From IMG/VR virus record IMGVR_UViG_3300036790_000366, positions 1 through 64,000 of that record: a DNA stretch of 64,000 nt; one strand, written 5' to 3'. The translations under genes and the position numbers were made by a program. Position 1 is the first letter of the stretch; every line of letters begins with the position of its first letter. The notes below the pieces were generated by a model. The model saw only the letters and a list, made by a program, of their open reading frames with translations, had not been told where the DNA came from and did not search any database. Below are positions 53,452 through 62,922 of this stretch, piece by piece. This DNA is from a virus.

Positions 53452-55395
53452 CTAGTACCAACCTTCCAGGTTTCTCGACATGAGTTCCGTTACTGTTTCC
53501 GCCATCAGCCAGAAGACGTCACCGGTGGTGCGTCGGACGATGTCGAAGTTCTTTTCGTAGGACCACTTGTTGTCCTCACCGAAGCCGATGAGGCCGCACG
53601 CCTTGACGACGTCCGTCATGGACGCCAGGGATTTCGCTATCACATCGGATTCGTTCCACTGGCCGTCCGTCAGCGAGATGAGGAACTTCCCCGGTGTCTG
53701 CACCTGAGACAGGATCCTGCGCGCCTCCACGATGGCGTCGATCGCGTTCGTCCCGCCGGAGGCGTGCGGGTAGATGAAAGTGCTGTGCTCCACTTTGTCG
53801 TCGAGCTCGTAGAGCAGCCGCGAGGAGCTGTCGTAGGTGATGACGCAGACTTTCACGTCCACCTGCTCGCACGCCTTCTTGATGCACCAGATGGCTTGCG
53901 CGGCCAGCAGACCGCGGACACCGACGGACCTTCCTTGGCTGTCTCTCACAGCGGTGTCCATCGAAGCGGATTCGTCCGAGATGATGATGCCGGTCGCGGC
54001 GGAGTTGTGCTGCTGCCCCTCGCTCCAGTCGGCGTAGACGTCCTCTGTGTCCTCGTCCGACATGGCCGCCGTGAAGACACGGCTCATGTCCAGACGAGAG
54101 CCGTCGGAGACCCCGTAGCGCCAGCCGGGCTCCATGGCCTGCCAGATGCGCGCGAGCTCGCCAGCGTAGCGCTCAGAGCGTTCCCGCATGCCCGTGGTCA
54201 CAGCGTGCTGGTGGGCGCGGATCGCCGGGTGGCGCTCCATGGAGGAGTGCAGGCCGTTGGTCATGTCGTCCATGACGTCGCGAACATTCTGGACGTCCGT
54301 CTTGACCGTCTCGCTGTCCAGGATGTCTTCCATCAGGACTTCCAGGGCGCCCCGGATGTCCCGGTCGCTCAGGGCGTCGCGGCCCTTCCCGCTGCCAGCT
54401 TTCTGACCGGCTCCGTTATCACCAGAGGAACCACCTCCCCGCTCCTCCGAACCACCTTCACCGTCGTCTCCGTCCAGCTCTCCAGGATTTCGGTTACCGG
54501 GTTGAGAACCAGCACCCGGCGGATTCTGCCCACCGCCATCCTGCGTACCGGACGAGTCGTCATCCGCTTCTGTATCGCCATCCTGGAAATCGGGATCGTC
54601 TGCGCCATCTTCCTCCCCCTTCTCGGCCTTCTCCTGATCCTGCTTCTGCTGCCCCGGCTGCGTCATCTTGTTGCTGCCGTCGTTCGCTCCGGCAACCGCT
54701 TGGCTGTGGTTCGGCGCCGTCGCGCTGGCGGGGATGAGCTTGGCGAACTCCTTGATGATCCTCCCGGCCTCGGCCATGTCCTGCGGGTAGAGAAGAAGGC
54801 GGTACCTGTCGATCAGTTCTTCCGCCTGCTTCGTCTGGGGCTCGCCGAAAGCTGCGGCGTACCTCTGGCGAAGTACCCCCCGCACCTTCTTCGGAAGGTA
54901 CTTGCGCCCGTGCACCAGAAGATAGGTCTCCGGATCCGGCGAACCGATGATGAGGTCCGCCACGATGAGCGTGAAGTACTTCTTCAGGCGCGGGTACCGG
55001 GCGGAGAGAAGTGTCTCCACGCGCCCTTCCTCCAGGATGTTGTACGCATCCTCGAAGTTTGTCGCACTGTCTACTGCCCTCTTGATCCTCTCCACGTCGC
55101 TGAAGGTGTAGACGACGTGCGCGAGCTCGTGGTAATTCAGCCCCAGTATGGTGGCGATACCACGGTCCGACAGCGTGTCTCGCACCTTGTCCGGGTGGAT
55201 GTAGATCTCGTTTTTGACGGAGAAGGCGGGGTGCCTGCCCAGCCCCCCGCTCAGCACGCTTCTCCGGAGCGTGACGTTCACCGACTCGATTCCGGACAGC
55301 GTGCGGTCGGCCAGCTGGAGAGACCAGCGCAGCCCCTGCAACCGGGTCGTCTGCCGGTCCCATTCCTGGTAGACGTCCCCGTTAGCGGTCGCCAT
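53452..55395 (-). CDS. VWA-domain protein (CobT-like) with HELAH metallopeptidase motif
   Basis: HELAH, NILEE.RVE, DESASM MIDAS, GGT, LTDG. Confidence 0.85.
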   Translation of the reverse strand: MATANGDVYQEWDRQTTRLQGLRWSLQLADRTLSGIESVNVTLRRSVLSGGLGRHPAFSVKNEIYIHPDKVRDTLSDRGIATILGLNYHELAHVVYTFSDVERIKRAVDSATNFEDAYNILEEGRVETLLSARYPRLKKYFTLIVADLIIGSPDPETYLLVHGRKYLPKKVRGVLRQRYAAAFGEPQTKQAEELIDRYRLLLYPQDMAEAGRIIKEFAKLIPASATAPNHSQAVAGANDGSNKMTQPGQQKQDQEKAEKGEEDGADDPDFQDGDTEADDDSSGTQDGGGQNPPGAGSQPGNRNPGELDGDDGEGGSEERGGGSSGDNGAGQKAGSGKGRDALSDRDIRGALEVLMEDILDSETVKTDVQNVRDVMDDMTNGLHSSMERHPAIRAHQHAVTTGMRERSERYAGELARIWQAMEPGWRYGVSDGSRLDMSRVFTAAMSDEDTEDVYADWSEGQQHNSAATGIIISDESASMDTAVRDSQGRSVGVRGLLAAQAIWCIKKACEQVDVKVCVITYDSSSRLLYELDDKVEHSTFIYPHASGGTNAIDAIVEARRILSQVQTPGKFLISLTDGQWNESDVIAKSLASMTDVVKACGLIGFGEDNKWSYEKNFDIVRRTTGDVFWLMAETVTELMSRNLEGWY

Positions 55396-56410
55396 CGTCG
55401 TCCTCGAAAGTGAAGTCGGTCTGCTTGAGCCCCTGGCCCATCTTCGCGTTCCAGTCCACGTCGTATTCCGTGTCCGGAAGTACCGTGTCGAGCTTCGCGC
55501 CGAGGAGCTTCTTGGCGATACCGGCGATCTGCGGCTTCAGCTTGTCGGAGTGCGCATCGACGATGAGCTTCAGGGCGCCGCGCTCCCCGGTGGAGAACAT
55601 GGCGTTGAAGTTCGCTTCGGCGAAGTTGTAGCCCAGCGCCACCGCGATGTCGATGAACTCCATCAAACTGTTCGTGCTCACCGGGGTCTTGATTCCCGGA
55701 CTGGCCCGGATCTTCTTGGCCATCTCCAGGAGCTCCGAGGACTTGATCAGCCTGCCCTCGACCGCTTCGTTGTAGTCCCACGGGATCTTGATGGCGAACC
55801 GGTTCAGGAAGGCCTCGTTCAGCTGCATCGTGCCCCGGTAGTCCGGGTTGTAGTCCGTCACGACGAGAAGCTTTTCGTGCGCCTTGACGATTTCCCCGCC
55901 CTTGCGCAGCAGGGGAAGTTCCCGGCGGTGGTCCAGCAGGGGGAAAAGACTCGCCGCGACCTTCGGCGACATGAAGTTCGCCTCGCTGATGTCCAGAACT
56001 CCGCCGCTCCGGACGAGCTCCGTCACCGGGCCGTCCTGCCACACGAAGCCGCCTTCCCCGTCCGGCTGCCAGCCACCGAGCAAAGCACCCGGCTCCATGG
56101 AGACGTCGCAGGGGACCGCGTAGAAATTCAGCCCCTTCAGGGCGGCCCACGCCATCGGGAACATCGTCTTCCCGGAACCCGTCGGACCGCGGACCAGAAG
56201 GTTGACCCTGCGGTCCATGCAGAACTGCAAGACGTCGAAGTCCTTCTGCCCGTTCACGGTCCGGCTGACGTACTTCAGGCCGTAGTCCGGATGGGGGACG
56301 TAGGAATGCCTCTCCTCCGGACGCTGCTCCGCCTCCAGCACCTCGACTTCTTCGGGTACCACCACCTTTCCGTTCCTCAGGTTCTTCGTCACCTTGACGT
56401 CGCTCGCCAC
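55382..56410 (-). CDS. MoxR/CbbQ/NorQ-family AAA+ ATPase
   Basis: GPTGSGKT, FVWQDGP, NPDYRGT..LNEAFLNRF. Confidence 0.9.
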   Translation of the reverse strand: MASDVKVTKNLRNGKVVVPEEVEVLEAEQRPEERHSYVPHPDYGLKYVSRTVNGQKDFDVLQFCMDRRVNLLVRGPTGSGKTMFPMAWAALKGLNFYAVPCDVSMEPGALLGGWQPDGEGGFVWQDGPVTELVRSGGVLDISEANFMSPKVAASLFPLLDHRRELPLLRKGGEIVKAHEKLLVVTDYNPDYRGTMQLNEAFLNRFAIKIPWDYNEAVEGRLIKSSELLEMAKKIRASPGIKTPVSTNSLMEFIDIAVALGYNFAEANFNAMFSTGERGALKLIVDAHSDKLKPQIAGIAKKLLGAKLDTVLPDTEYDVDWNAKMGQGLKQTDFTFEDDDGDR

Positions 56411-56411
56411 G

Positions 56412-56855
56412 TCATCTTCCTTCCGGGTCCGGGACCCTGCGGTCCAGAGCGCTCTCGGGTATGCGGTACGTGTTTCCTTCGACGAGGCTTTCGTTCCCGC
56501 CGTTGCGCAGAACCTCCACGCGGACCTTTCCGTCGCTGTAGAGCTCGATGAAGCGGACCACCACGTGCCGGTAGGAGGCCCCCAGAAGCTCGTAGCAGGC
56601 CTCCGGGGCCAGAGCCGGAGCTCCCTCCCGGTAGTGCCGTACGCGCTTGAGGAAGGCTGTCCGGAAGGCGTCCGGGTCCTGCGCCTCCAAGCCCATCCGG
56701 TCGGAGATCCGGGAGTCGATGGCCTCCACGAGCTCGTAGAGGTACGGGTCGAATTCCCCGCGCACCAGAGCATCCGTGAATTCTTCGACGAAGTCCAGGA
56801 CTTCGTTCATCGGGGACAGCGGGAGGGACTTGCGGCGAACCTTCTTCTCCGCCAT
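56412..56855 (-). CDS. Hypothetical protein
   Basis: TGATG coupling. Confidence 0.7.
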   Translation of the reverse strand: MAEKKVRRKSLPLSPMNEVLDFVEEFTDALVRGEFDPYLYELVEAIDSRISDRMGLEAQDPDAFRTAFLKRVRHYREGAPALAPEACYELLGASYRHVVVRFIELYSDGKVRVEVLRNGGNESLVEGNTYRIPESALDRRVPDPEGR

Positions 56856-57052
56856 CAGGTAGCGCCCTTCATGGCTTCCCGGTACGCCTTGGCCATATTG
56901 CCGTACTCACCGATGGCGATGGCCTGCTCTGGAGTGAGCTCCATGGTTCCCGAGAGGCACCCGTCGTAGAAGCACACGAAAACAGTGTCCCGGTGCTTGA
57001 TGTGGTTCACCGTCATGCGCTCAGGACCGTTTCTAGTCTTCTTCTTGGCCAT
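56855..57052 (-). CDS. Hypothetical protein
   Basis: TGATG coupling. Confidence 0.6.
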   Translation of the reverse strand: MAKKKTRNGPERMTVNHIKHRDTVFVCFYDGCLSGTMELTPEQAIAIGEYGNMAKAYREAMKGAT

Positions 57053-57240
57053 CAGAAGTCGAGCTCCGTCTCTTCCACGCGGATGAGCTTCACCTTGAAG
57101 CCGCGCCTCCGCTGATCCTGCGCCAGTTCCATGGCCGACTCGATGGCGCGGCGGATCAGACTGGTGACCGAGAGCCCGTCCTTTATCTTGCTCTTCCACT
57201 CGACCCGGTAGAAGACGTTCCTGTCGTGCTCATATTCCAC
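57052..57240 (-). CDS. Hypothetical protein
   Basis: GGAGGGAG RBS. Confidence 0.6.
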   Translation of the reverse strand: MEYEHDRNVFYRVEWKSKIKDGLSVTSLIRRAIESAMELAQDQRRRGFKVKLIRVEETELDF

Positions 57241-57282
57241 TACTCCCTCCGGCACTTCTTCCTCCCTTGTCTGTTGCTTGCG

Positions 57283-57350
57283 CGGACCGGACGGGAATCG
57301 AACCCGTGACCGAGGCGTATTGCTCTGCTCTACCACTGAGCTACCGGCCC
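57283..57350 (-). tRNA. tRNA-like RNA with truncated anticodon arm (no assignable anticodon)
   Basis: GGGCCGG/CCGGTCC acceptor, TAGCTCAGTGGTAGAGC D arm, ACGGG-TTCGATT-CCCGT T arm; only 18 nt between base 26 and T stem. Confidence 0.75.
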
Positions 57351-57379
57351 GTGTGGGGCCTTTCGGCCCCGTCGTGCTG

Positions 57380-57616
57380 TTACTTCGCTTCCAGGATCTC
57401 GACGACCACGCGCACCCGGACGGGCACCGTGCCGTCCAGCGGCCCCTTCTTCAGGTACAGGCCGCCGATGACGTGTCCGTCGGGGTCTCCGGTCTCGTTG
57501 AGCCGGTAGGTCCCGGGAGTCTCCTTGAAAGAGACGAACTCCGCCTCCATCCGGACGACACCGGGCTTCTTCGCCGCAGCCTTCTTGGCCGGGCGCTTGA
57601 CGACTGGAACGGTCAT
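57380..57616 (-). CDS. Hypothetical protein
   Basis: GAAGGAAG RBS. Confidence 0.7.
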   Translation of the reverse strand: MTVPVVKRPAKKAAAKKPGVVRMEAEFVSFKETPGTYRLNETGDPDGHVIGGLYLKKGPLDGTVPVRVRVVVEILEAK

Positions 57617-57627
57617 GCTTCCTTCTC

Positions 57628-58155
57628 TCATGTCTTGAAAGCCTCCCGGAAGCACTCCACGTGCCCCCCGGTTCCCTCTGCTTCTTCCTCGCTGAGCTCT
57701 TCCGAGCAGACTGCGCAGCGGAGGAACAACTTACCGTACTCGACCATGCAGTCCATCGGACCGGCCTTCCGAATCTCCAGGACCGCGTAAGTCCGGTCGT
57801 AGACGCCGGAGAGGAGCTGTGCCGCCCCGGTGTCCATGTCGAACCCGGTGACGAACCAGAACTCCGCCCAGCGTCCCTCCTGGAACTGCCGGACCAGGAA
57901 GTGCGCGCCGGACGGGCCCCAGGTCTGCGGCGGGATGTAATAGTGCCCGTTCGGCACTGCCAGGGACTCGATGTACTCGGCGAGCAGCTGGCTCTTGGAC
58001 AGCGCAGCCTCGGAGGGCACGGCCTTCGACGGTGCCCACATGTCGATTTTTGCGTTCCGCGCTCTCCGCTGCCTGCGCTCGGCTGCCTCCGCGCATTTCT
58101 TCCCCGTCTCCGGGCTCCGGTGGTTACCGCCGCAGTGCGCGCAGTGGTACGACAC
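57628..58155 (-). CDS. Zn-binding protein, divergent DUF6011-like
   Basis: N-terminal CAHC..H, C-terminal YG....CAVC..LS...G....C. Confidence 0.65.
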   Translation of the reverse strand: MSYHCAHCGGNHRSPETGKKCAEAAERRQRRARNAKIDMWAPSKAVPSEAALSKSQLLAEYIESLAVPNGHYYIPPQTWGPSGAHFLVRQFQEGRWAEFWFVTGFDMDTGAAQLLSGVYDRTYAVLEIRKAGPMDCMVEYGKLFLRCAVCSEELSEEEAEGTGGHVECFREAFKT

Positions 58156-58158
58156 CTG

Positions 58159-58401
58159 CTAGTCCTCCTCCTTCGATTTTGCGTACTTTTTCAGGTCCTT
58201 CCAGTTGGAAAAGCCTCCGAAGTCATCGCCACTGATGACGTCCACTCCTATGAAACGGAGTGCTACGGTCTCGTCGTCGTAGACCATGGACATGGTCTGA
58301 AGCTCCTGAAAGATCTTCTGAGCCACGTCGCTGACGTCGATCCCGTCCGGGTGCGCTTCGGCAGTGATGAGGATGTAGACCTTCTCACGGTATTCAGCCA
58401 T
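58159..58401 (-). CDS. Hypothetical protein
   Basis: AAGGAG RBS; first gene of leftward operon. Confidence 0.7.
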   Translation of the reverse strand: MAEYREKVYILITAEAHPDGIDVSDVAQKIFQELQTMSMVYDDETVALRFIGVDVISGDDFGGFSNWKDLKKYAKSKEED

Positions 58402-59111
58402 TTTCTCTCCTTCGGTTGGCCGTCCAGGGATCTGCTCGTGCTTCGCGGTCTACGACTGCAAGACGAGCAAGACCCTGAGCTTCCAATCTCCGCGGTGCTG
58501 GCTGTTCCGACCCGGACCGGCTGTCATGGCGAGGTGGCGTGTAGGAGGCTCTGGCAGCCGCTCTGACGAGCGTCCACCGTCTTCGCCTGCTTCCCCTTGG
58601 CGCTAGGCCTGCCGAGGTCTCACAGCGGCTCTCCGCGGTTTTCCGTCTCTGTGGAGTTCTCAAGATCCGTCCGCCAGTCCCGTCCTGCCCTGTGGTAGCG
58701 GCCGGTGTGGTGCGGTGGGTTGAAGCTATCAGCTCGTCAGACGGTGCGCAAGAGGCCAACTCAAGTCTGTAGTTGGCGGCCGTGTTTGCCACGCTTTGGA
58801 TCATCTAGTAGAGTGCCCGGTTGGGCCGACGTCGATTCCTCTCCTGCCGCGTCTGACGGAATGTTGAAACATCCGGAGGTGGCTGGTTTGAGGTAGATGG
58901 CCCCCTACTCCAAAACTTTTCTGGAAACATTCGATGCGCTCGCAACTACGGCAGCGTCTTGCAGTTGAAACTGGGAAAAGTTCTTCATGGGGGTAGGGGG
59001 CCTTCTATCTTAAGCCTTCCACCGTTCCTCCGGAATGTGATAAATCAAAAGAGTCATAATAGTAGATGGATAGTGCTGTGGCTTCTACATGTAGTAGAAA
59101 CTAGGAAAAAC

Positions 59112-59843
59112 ATGTCTAGAGGACGTAAACGCAAATTCAACACTCCTACTAGCTACTACACGGAGGAAGAACTTCTAGCTCTGAGAGAAACAATCAGATC
59201 TGTGAAGTGTCCCTACTGCCAAGCAGAACCTGGAGAAAAATGCTTGGGGGTCACGAGAAGGGACGGAACACGAAGAGACCGAGTCACCAACCACGCAGAA
59301 CGAGGATACAGGTACCGGGCGTGGAGCAACGAACTCGGACTTGACCTGCGTAGGAAGACTGACCTAGTATTGCCGTCTTCCGACGAAAGGAACGACATGC
59401 CCGTCAAGAAGACCCTGGCGAAGAAGAAGACCGGGATCGCGAAGAAGAAGACTTCTCCGGTCACCAAGCCCTCCTCCAGCTCCCCGAAGAAGACCGTCAC
59501 CCGCAAGAAGACGATCGATTCGCCCAAGCCCCGCTTCACGCACCTGGACCGGGAACGCGACGGCAAGCTCCGCATCCAGGGAATGAGCTACCTCCAGTTG
59601 GAAGAGCTCACCGGGATCCGGATCGAGACCGAGGGTTTCCAGATCGCCCTTGAGCTCCTGCGGGGCGGGATGGACCGCCAGGAGATCAACAACCGGTGCC
59701 GGGACCTGCTGCCCACGCACACCAGCAGCGGTACGCGCAAGCCCGTCCCGAACCTCGTGGCCGGGGTGCTCAAGAAGCTTCAGGCCAGCGGCTTCACCGT
59801 CAAGGGTGCCTGGAAGGTCGTCAAGCCGCCGAAGAGCATGTGA
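59112..59843 (+). CDS. Zn-finger N-terminal ORF in frame with a Lys-rich protein (internal start 59397)
   Basis: CPYC.A.PG..C...H..R; internal GAAAGGA RBS at MPVKK. Confidence 0.6.
   Translation: MSRGRKRKFNTPTSYYTEEELLALRETIRSVKCPYCQAEPGEKCLGVTRRDGTRRDRVTNHAERGYRYRAWSNELGLDLRRKTDLVLPSSDERNDMPVKKTLAKKKTGIAKKKTSPVTKPSSSSPKKTVTRKKTIDSPKPRFTHLDRERDGKLRIQGMSYLQLEELTGIRIETEGFQIALELLRGGMDRQEINNRCRDLLPTHTSSGTRKPVPNLVAGVLKKLQASGFTVKGAWKVVKPPKSM
59341..59370 (+). promoter_or_regulatory. Housekeeping-sigma promoter for helicase/primase operon
   Basis: TTGACC-N18-TAGTAT upstream of RBS and ATG 59397. Confidence 0.65.
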
Positions 59844-59939
59844 GTCGTGTACGATCAACTCAGCATTTGATCCACCGAGAGGCAGCTTTGGTCCACAAGG
59901 CTGCCTTTCTCGGTCTTCCCAGCCGGTGGAGGCGCAGCT

Positions 59940-61415
59940 GTGACATCGCCTGAAATTCTCCTCATCTCCGCGATCATGAGGTCCCGAGACTGCACCACGG
60001 CAGTGATGGCAGGGGTCACCCCCGAGATGTTCTACGGGTACAGGGAGGAGTACGAGTGGTTGAGCAAGTACGTCGAGAACCGCGGGAGGACGCCGTCACG
60101 GGGAGCTTTCCGCGAAGCCTTCTCGGAGATCGTCCTGAAGAACGTGGACGACGTGGAGCTCTTCTCCGAGGAAGTGAAGGACAACCACTCGCGCCAGCTC
60201 ATGCTGAAGAGCATGAAGAGGGTCAGCACGGCGATCCAGCAAAAAGACATCAAGCGCGCCTCCGCTCTGCTGCACGAGGCCTCGATAGAGGTGGAGAGCT
60301 CTCTGCTCGGTTCTTCCTTCGACAGCGACATCTTCCAGGACTACGGGGACATCGAGAAGGAAGTCCTGGACCGCAAGCGCAGGATGGAGGCGACCGGCTT
60401 CTCCGGCATCCCCACCGGCTTCCCCACCCTGGACGAGCTGACCGGCGGAATCCAGCCCGGCTGGTTTGTCATCGTCTGCGCCCGCGCCGGTGTGGGGAAA
60501 ACCCGCTCGCTCACCCGAATGTCCTGCGCCGCCTCCTTCTCCGGCTTCATCTCCCAGTACGACGCCCTTGAGCAGTCCCGGGCCGAGATAGCCATGCAGG
60601 TGCACGCGTTCGTCTCCAGCGAGTTCGGGCAGGGCACCTTCAAATCCCTGGACCTGGCCAAGGGGACCGGGTACAGCGAGACGGAGTACAAGCGCTTCCT
60701 GCGCGAGACGAGCCGACAGGTCGCAGGAAAGATGCACGTGGCGGACAACAGGTACGTCACCATCGGACCGGCCGTCATCAAGGCGCAGATCAAGCGGAAC
60801 AACCCGGACATCTTCTTCCTGGACTACCTGACCCTGATGGAGGGGGCCGACGACTGGCAGTCCTCCGCGAACCTCGTCACCTCTCTCTCCAGGTGCGCGA
60901 AGCGGACCGGCTGCGCCATCGTCACGGCGGCCCAGATCAACCGGAAGGGCGCGGAGTCCAAGGAGGTGGACACCGAGCATCTCTCGGTGACGGACCGCTT
61001 GGGACAGGACGCGGACCTCGTGGTGGTCGTGGAGAAGTTCGGCGGCTGCCAGTCCGTCGTGCGCATGAAAGTCATCAAGTTCCGGCACGGACCGAGCGGT
61101 TACGTCTTCTTCCTGAAGTTCGACCCGAACCAGGGGGTCATGGAGGAGATCACCTACCAGGAGGCCTGCGACATCCGGGACAACGAAAAAGACGCCCAGG
61201 AGGAAGTCCGTGAGGTCAAGAAGTTCACCCCGCGCAAGAAGGGATCCTTCGCTGCGACCGCCAAAACCCGGAAGGCGGCCAAGAAGCCAGCAGAAGCCCC
61301 TGTGACGTCCTCCGAGCCCCGCCGGGTACCTCGGACACCGCAGGCGGCCCCCAAGCGGACACAGCACCGCTCAGCCCCGCCGGGACCGGTGCGCCGCTAC
61401 CGGCGTGATGCTTGA
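59940..61415 (+). CDS. dnaB: DnaB-like replicative helicase
   Basis: GIPTGF..LD..TGG, ARAGVGKT, DYL, AQINR, QDAD, KFRHG. Confidence 0.9.
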   Translation: MTSPEILLISAIMRSRDCTTAVMAGVTPEMFYGYREEYEWLSKYVENRGRTPSRGAFREAFSEIVLKNVDDVELFSEEVKDNHSRQLMLKSMKRVSTAIQQKDIKRASALLHEASIEVESSLLGSSFDSDIFQDYGDIEKEVLDRKRRMEATGFSGIPTGFPTLDELTGGIQPGWFVIVCARAGVGKTRSLTRMSCAASFSGFISQYDALEQSRAEIAMQVHAFVSSEFGQGTFKSLDLAKGTGYSETEYKRFLRETSRQVAGKMHVADNRYVTIGPAVIKAQIKRNNPDIFFLDYLTLMEGADDWQSSANLVTSLSRCAKRTGCAIVTAAQINRKGAESKEVDTEHLSVTDRLGQDADLVVVVEKFGGCQSVVRMKVIKFRHGPSGYVFFLKFDPNQGVMEEITYQEACDIRDNEKDAQEEVREVKKFTPRKKGSFAATAKTRKAAKKPAEAPVTSSEPRRVPRTPQAAPKRTQHRSAPPGPVRRYRRDA

Positions 61416-61453
61416 CCTGAGCGTTTGCCGCTGATCTGCCGGACGGCGTACGG

Positions 61454-62482
61454 TTGACCACTGTGACTCAAGGATCCAGTTTGAATTCGTACAGCCGCAT
61501 CATGTACGACCACCTCGACGTCCTCGGCGCGGACGGAGAAGAGCACCTGTGCGTCTGCCCGATCTGTGGCGGACGTTCTCTCTACTTCAACGACCACAAA
61601 GGTCTGTGGAAGTGCTTCAAGTGCGCCGAGGGCGGATCCGCGAGAAAACTCGTGGAACTGCTGGACGGAACCTACTCCGAACCGGAGATGTCCCTGTCCG
61701 AGCTGAACGCTGATCTGGCGGCGCTGTCCGCGGACCCGTACGAACCTCCGCGGATAATCCCCGAGTCCATGCTTCTGCGGTACAGCAACAGAACGGCAAC
61801 ACCTCATCAGCACTGGCTGGACCGCGGGTTCGACAAGGAGACCTGCACGAAGTGGGAACTGGGTTTCGACGCCTTGGGGGAGAACGGCGGCCAGCTGACC
61901 CTCCCCTACCGCAGCCCGGCCACCGGACATCTGGACGGAATCATCTTCCGGGCCCTGAACCCGGGGGAAGGACCCCGGTACCGCTTTCCCAAGGGGTTCA
62001 AGCGCAGCCTCTCCCTGTACGGCTCGTGGATCCCCCAGCACGCCGCGGGCTGCGTCTCCTTGGTGGAGGGGCCCACGGACGCCATCCGGGTCTCACAGAC
62101 CGGCAGGAGCGCCTTCTCGCAGTACGGCAGCTCCGTCTCCACCGGGCAGACGAGGCTGCTGCACCGGCTCGGGATAACCTCCCTGGTCCTGTTCTACGAC
62201 TACGACCGCGCCGGACTCCGGGCCACGGAGAAGGGCGAGCACCTGGCGGAGGAGTTCTTCGTCCGCAAGGTGCGGTGGAGCAGGGAGAAGTACTGCTGGC
62301 ACGAAACCGTGTGCGGCTGCCCTTTCGGGGACACGCGCAAGGCGACCTGGATAACGCACACGACCGTGGGGAACTGCCCGGTGAAGCGCCCGTGCAAGTG
62401 CGGGCGCGTCCACGAACCGGACCCGGGCTCGCTGCCCCTGGAAGATATCGAAGACATGCACAGAAAGGCGGTAGAAGTATGA
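61454..62482 (+). CDS. DNA primase (Zn-binding + TOPRIM)
   Basis: CPIC, WKCFKC, LVEGPTDA, YDYDRAG; start may be ATG 61502. Confidence 0.85.
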   Translation: MTTVTQGSSLNSYSRIMYDHLDVLGADGEEHLCVCPICGGRSLYFNDHKGLWKCFKCAEGGSARKLVELLDGTYSEPEMSLSELNADLAALSADPYEPPRIIPESMLLRYSNRTATPHQHWLDRGFDKETCTKWELGFDALGENGGQLTLPYRSPATGHLDGIIFRALNPGEGPRYRFPKGFKRSLSLYGSWIPQHAAGCVSLVEGPTDAIRVSQTGRSAFSQYGSSVSTGQTRLLHRLGITSLVLFYDYDRAGLRATEKGEHLAEEFFVRKVRWSREKYCWHETVCGCPFGDTRKATWITHTTVGNCPVKRPCKCGRVHEPDPGSLPLEDIEDMHRKAVEV

Positions 62483-62922
62483 ACAACGATGTTCCCGAGC
62501 TCGGCCGTGCCAAGCCCGTGGAGGACGTGGGCCAAGCACCCGACATGTCCGCGGCGGGGGAGGCCGTCTTCCGGGACATGCTGGCCAACATGAAACTCTT
62601 CATGGCTCCGGGAGTCTCCTCCGCGGGGTGGGTCATCGCCGAGGCGGAGCAGGACGGCAGACCGGTCCCGAACGCCGTCCTGATGATCGCTCAGAACAAC
62701 ACGGTCAGCGCCGTCTGGTACAGCCCGGAGGACATGGAGAACTTCGTGCAGAACACCATGGTGGCGTGGCAGGCCATGCAGGGCGAGATGGCCAAGAAGG
62801 TTCCGCTGATCGTGGCGAACCCCGACCAGATGAACGCGGCCCTGTCCAACAAGCGGGACATGGACGGGAAGTTCGGCGCGCACCGTCAGCCGAACTGGCC
62901 CCCGGAAGGATGGAATAAGTAA
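62479..62922 (+). CDS. Hypothetical protein
   Basis: ATGA overlap. Confidence 0.7.
   Translation: MNNDVPELGRAKPVEDVGQAPDMSAAGEAVFRDMLANMKLFMAPGVSSAGWVIAEAEQDGRPVPNAVLMIAQNNTVSAVWYSPEDMENFVQNTMVAWQAMQGEMAKKVPLIVANPDQMNAALSNKRDMDGKFGAHRQPNWPPEGWNK

Noticed and set aside
58560-58745. Hammerhead ribozyme (CTGACGAG on both strands)
   Set aside because: No appropriately placed GAAA core or stem II; the two copies simply pair with each other.
58394-58804. 136-aa ORF on - strand
   Set aside because: No RBS or codon bias; composition typical of non-coding sequence.
8390-58985. Recurring GGAAAAGTT / GGGAAGTTTTT words as a phage-specific late promoter
   Set aside because: Copies are few, of inconsistent orientation and spacing, and some lie in coding sequence; cannot be supported by eye.
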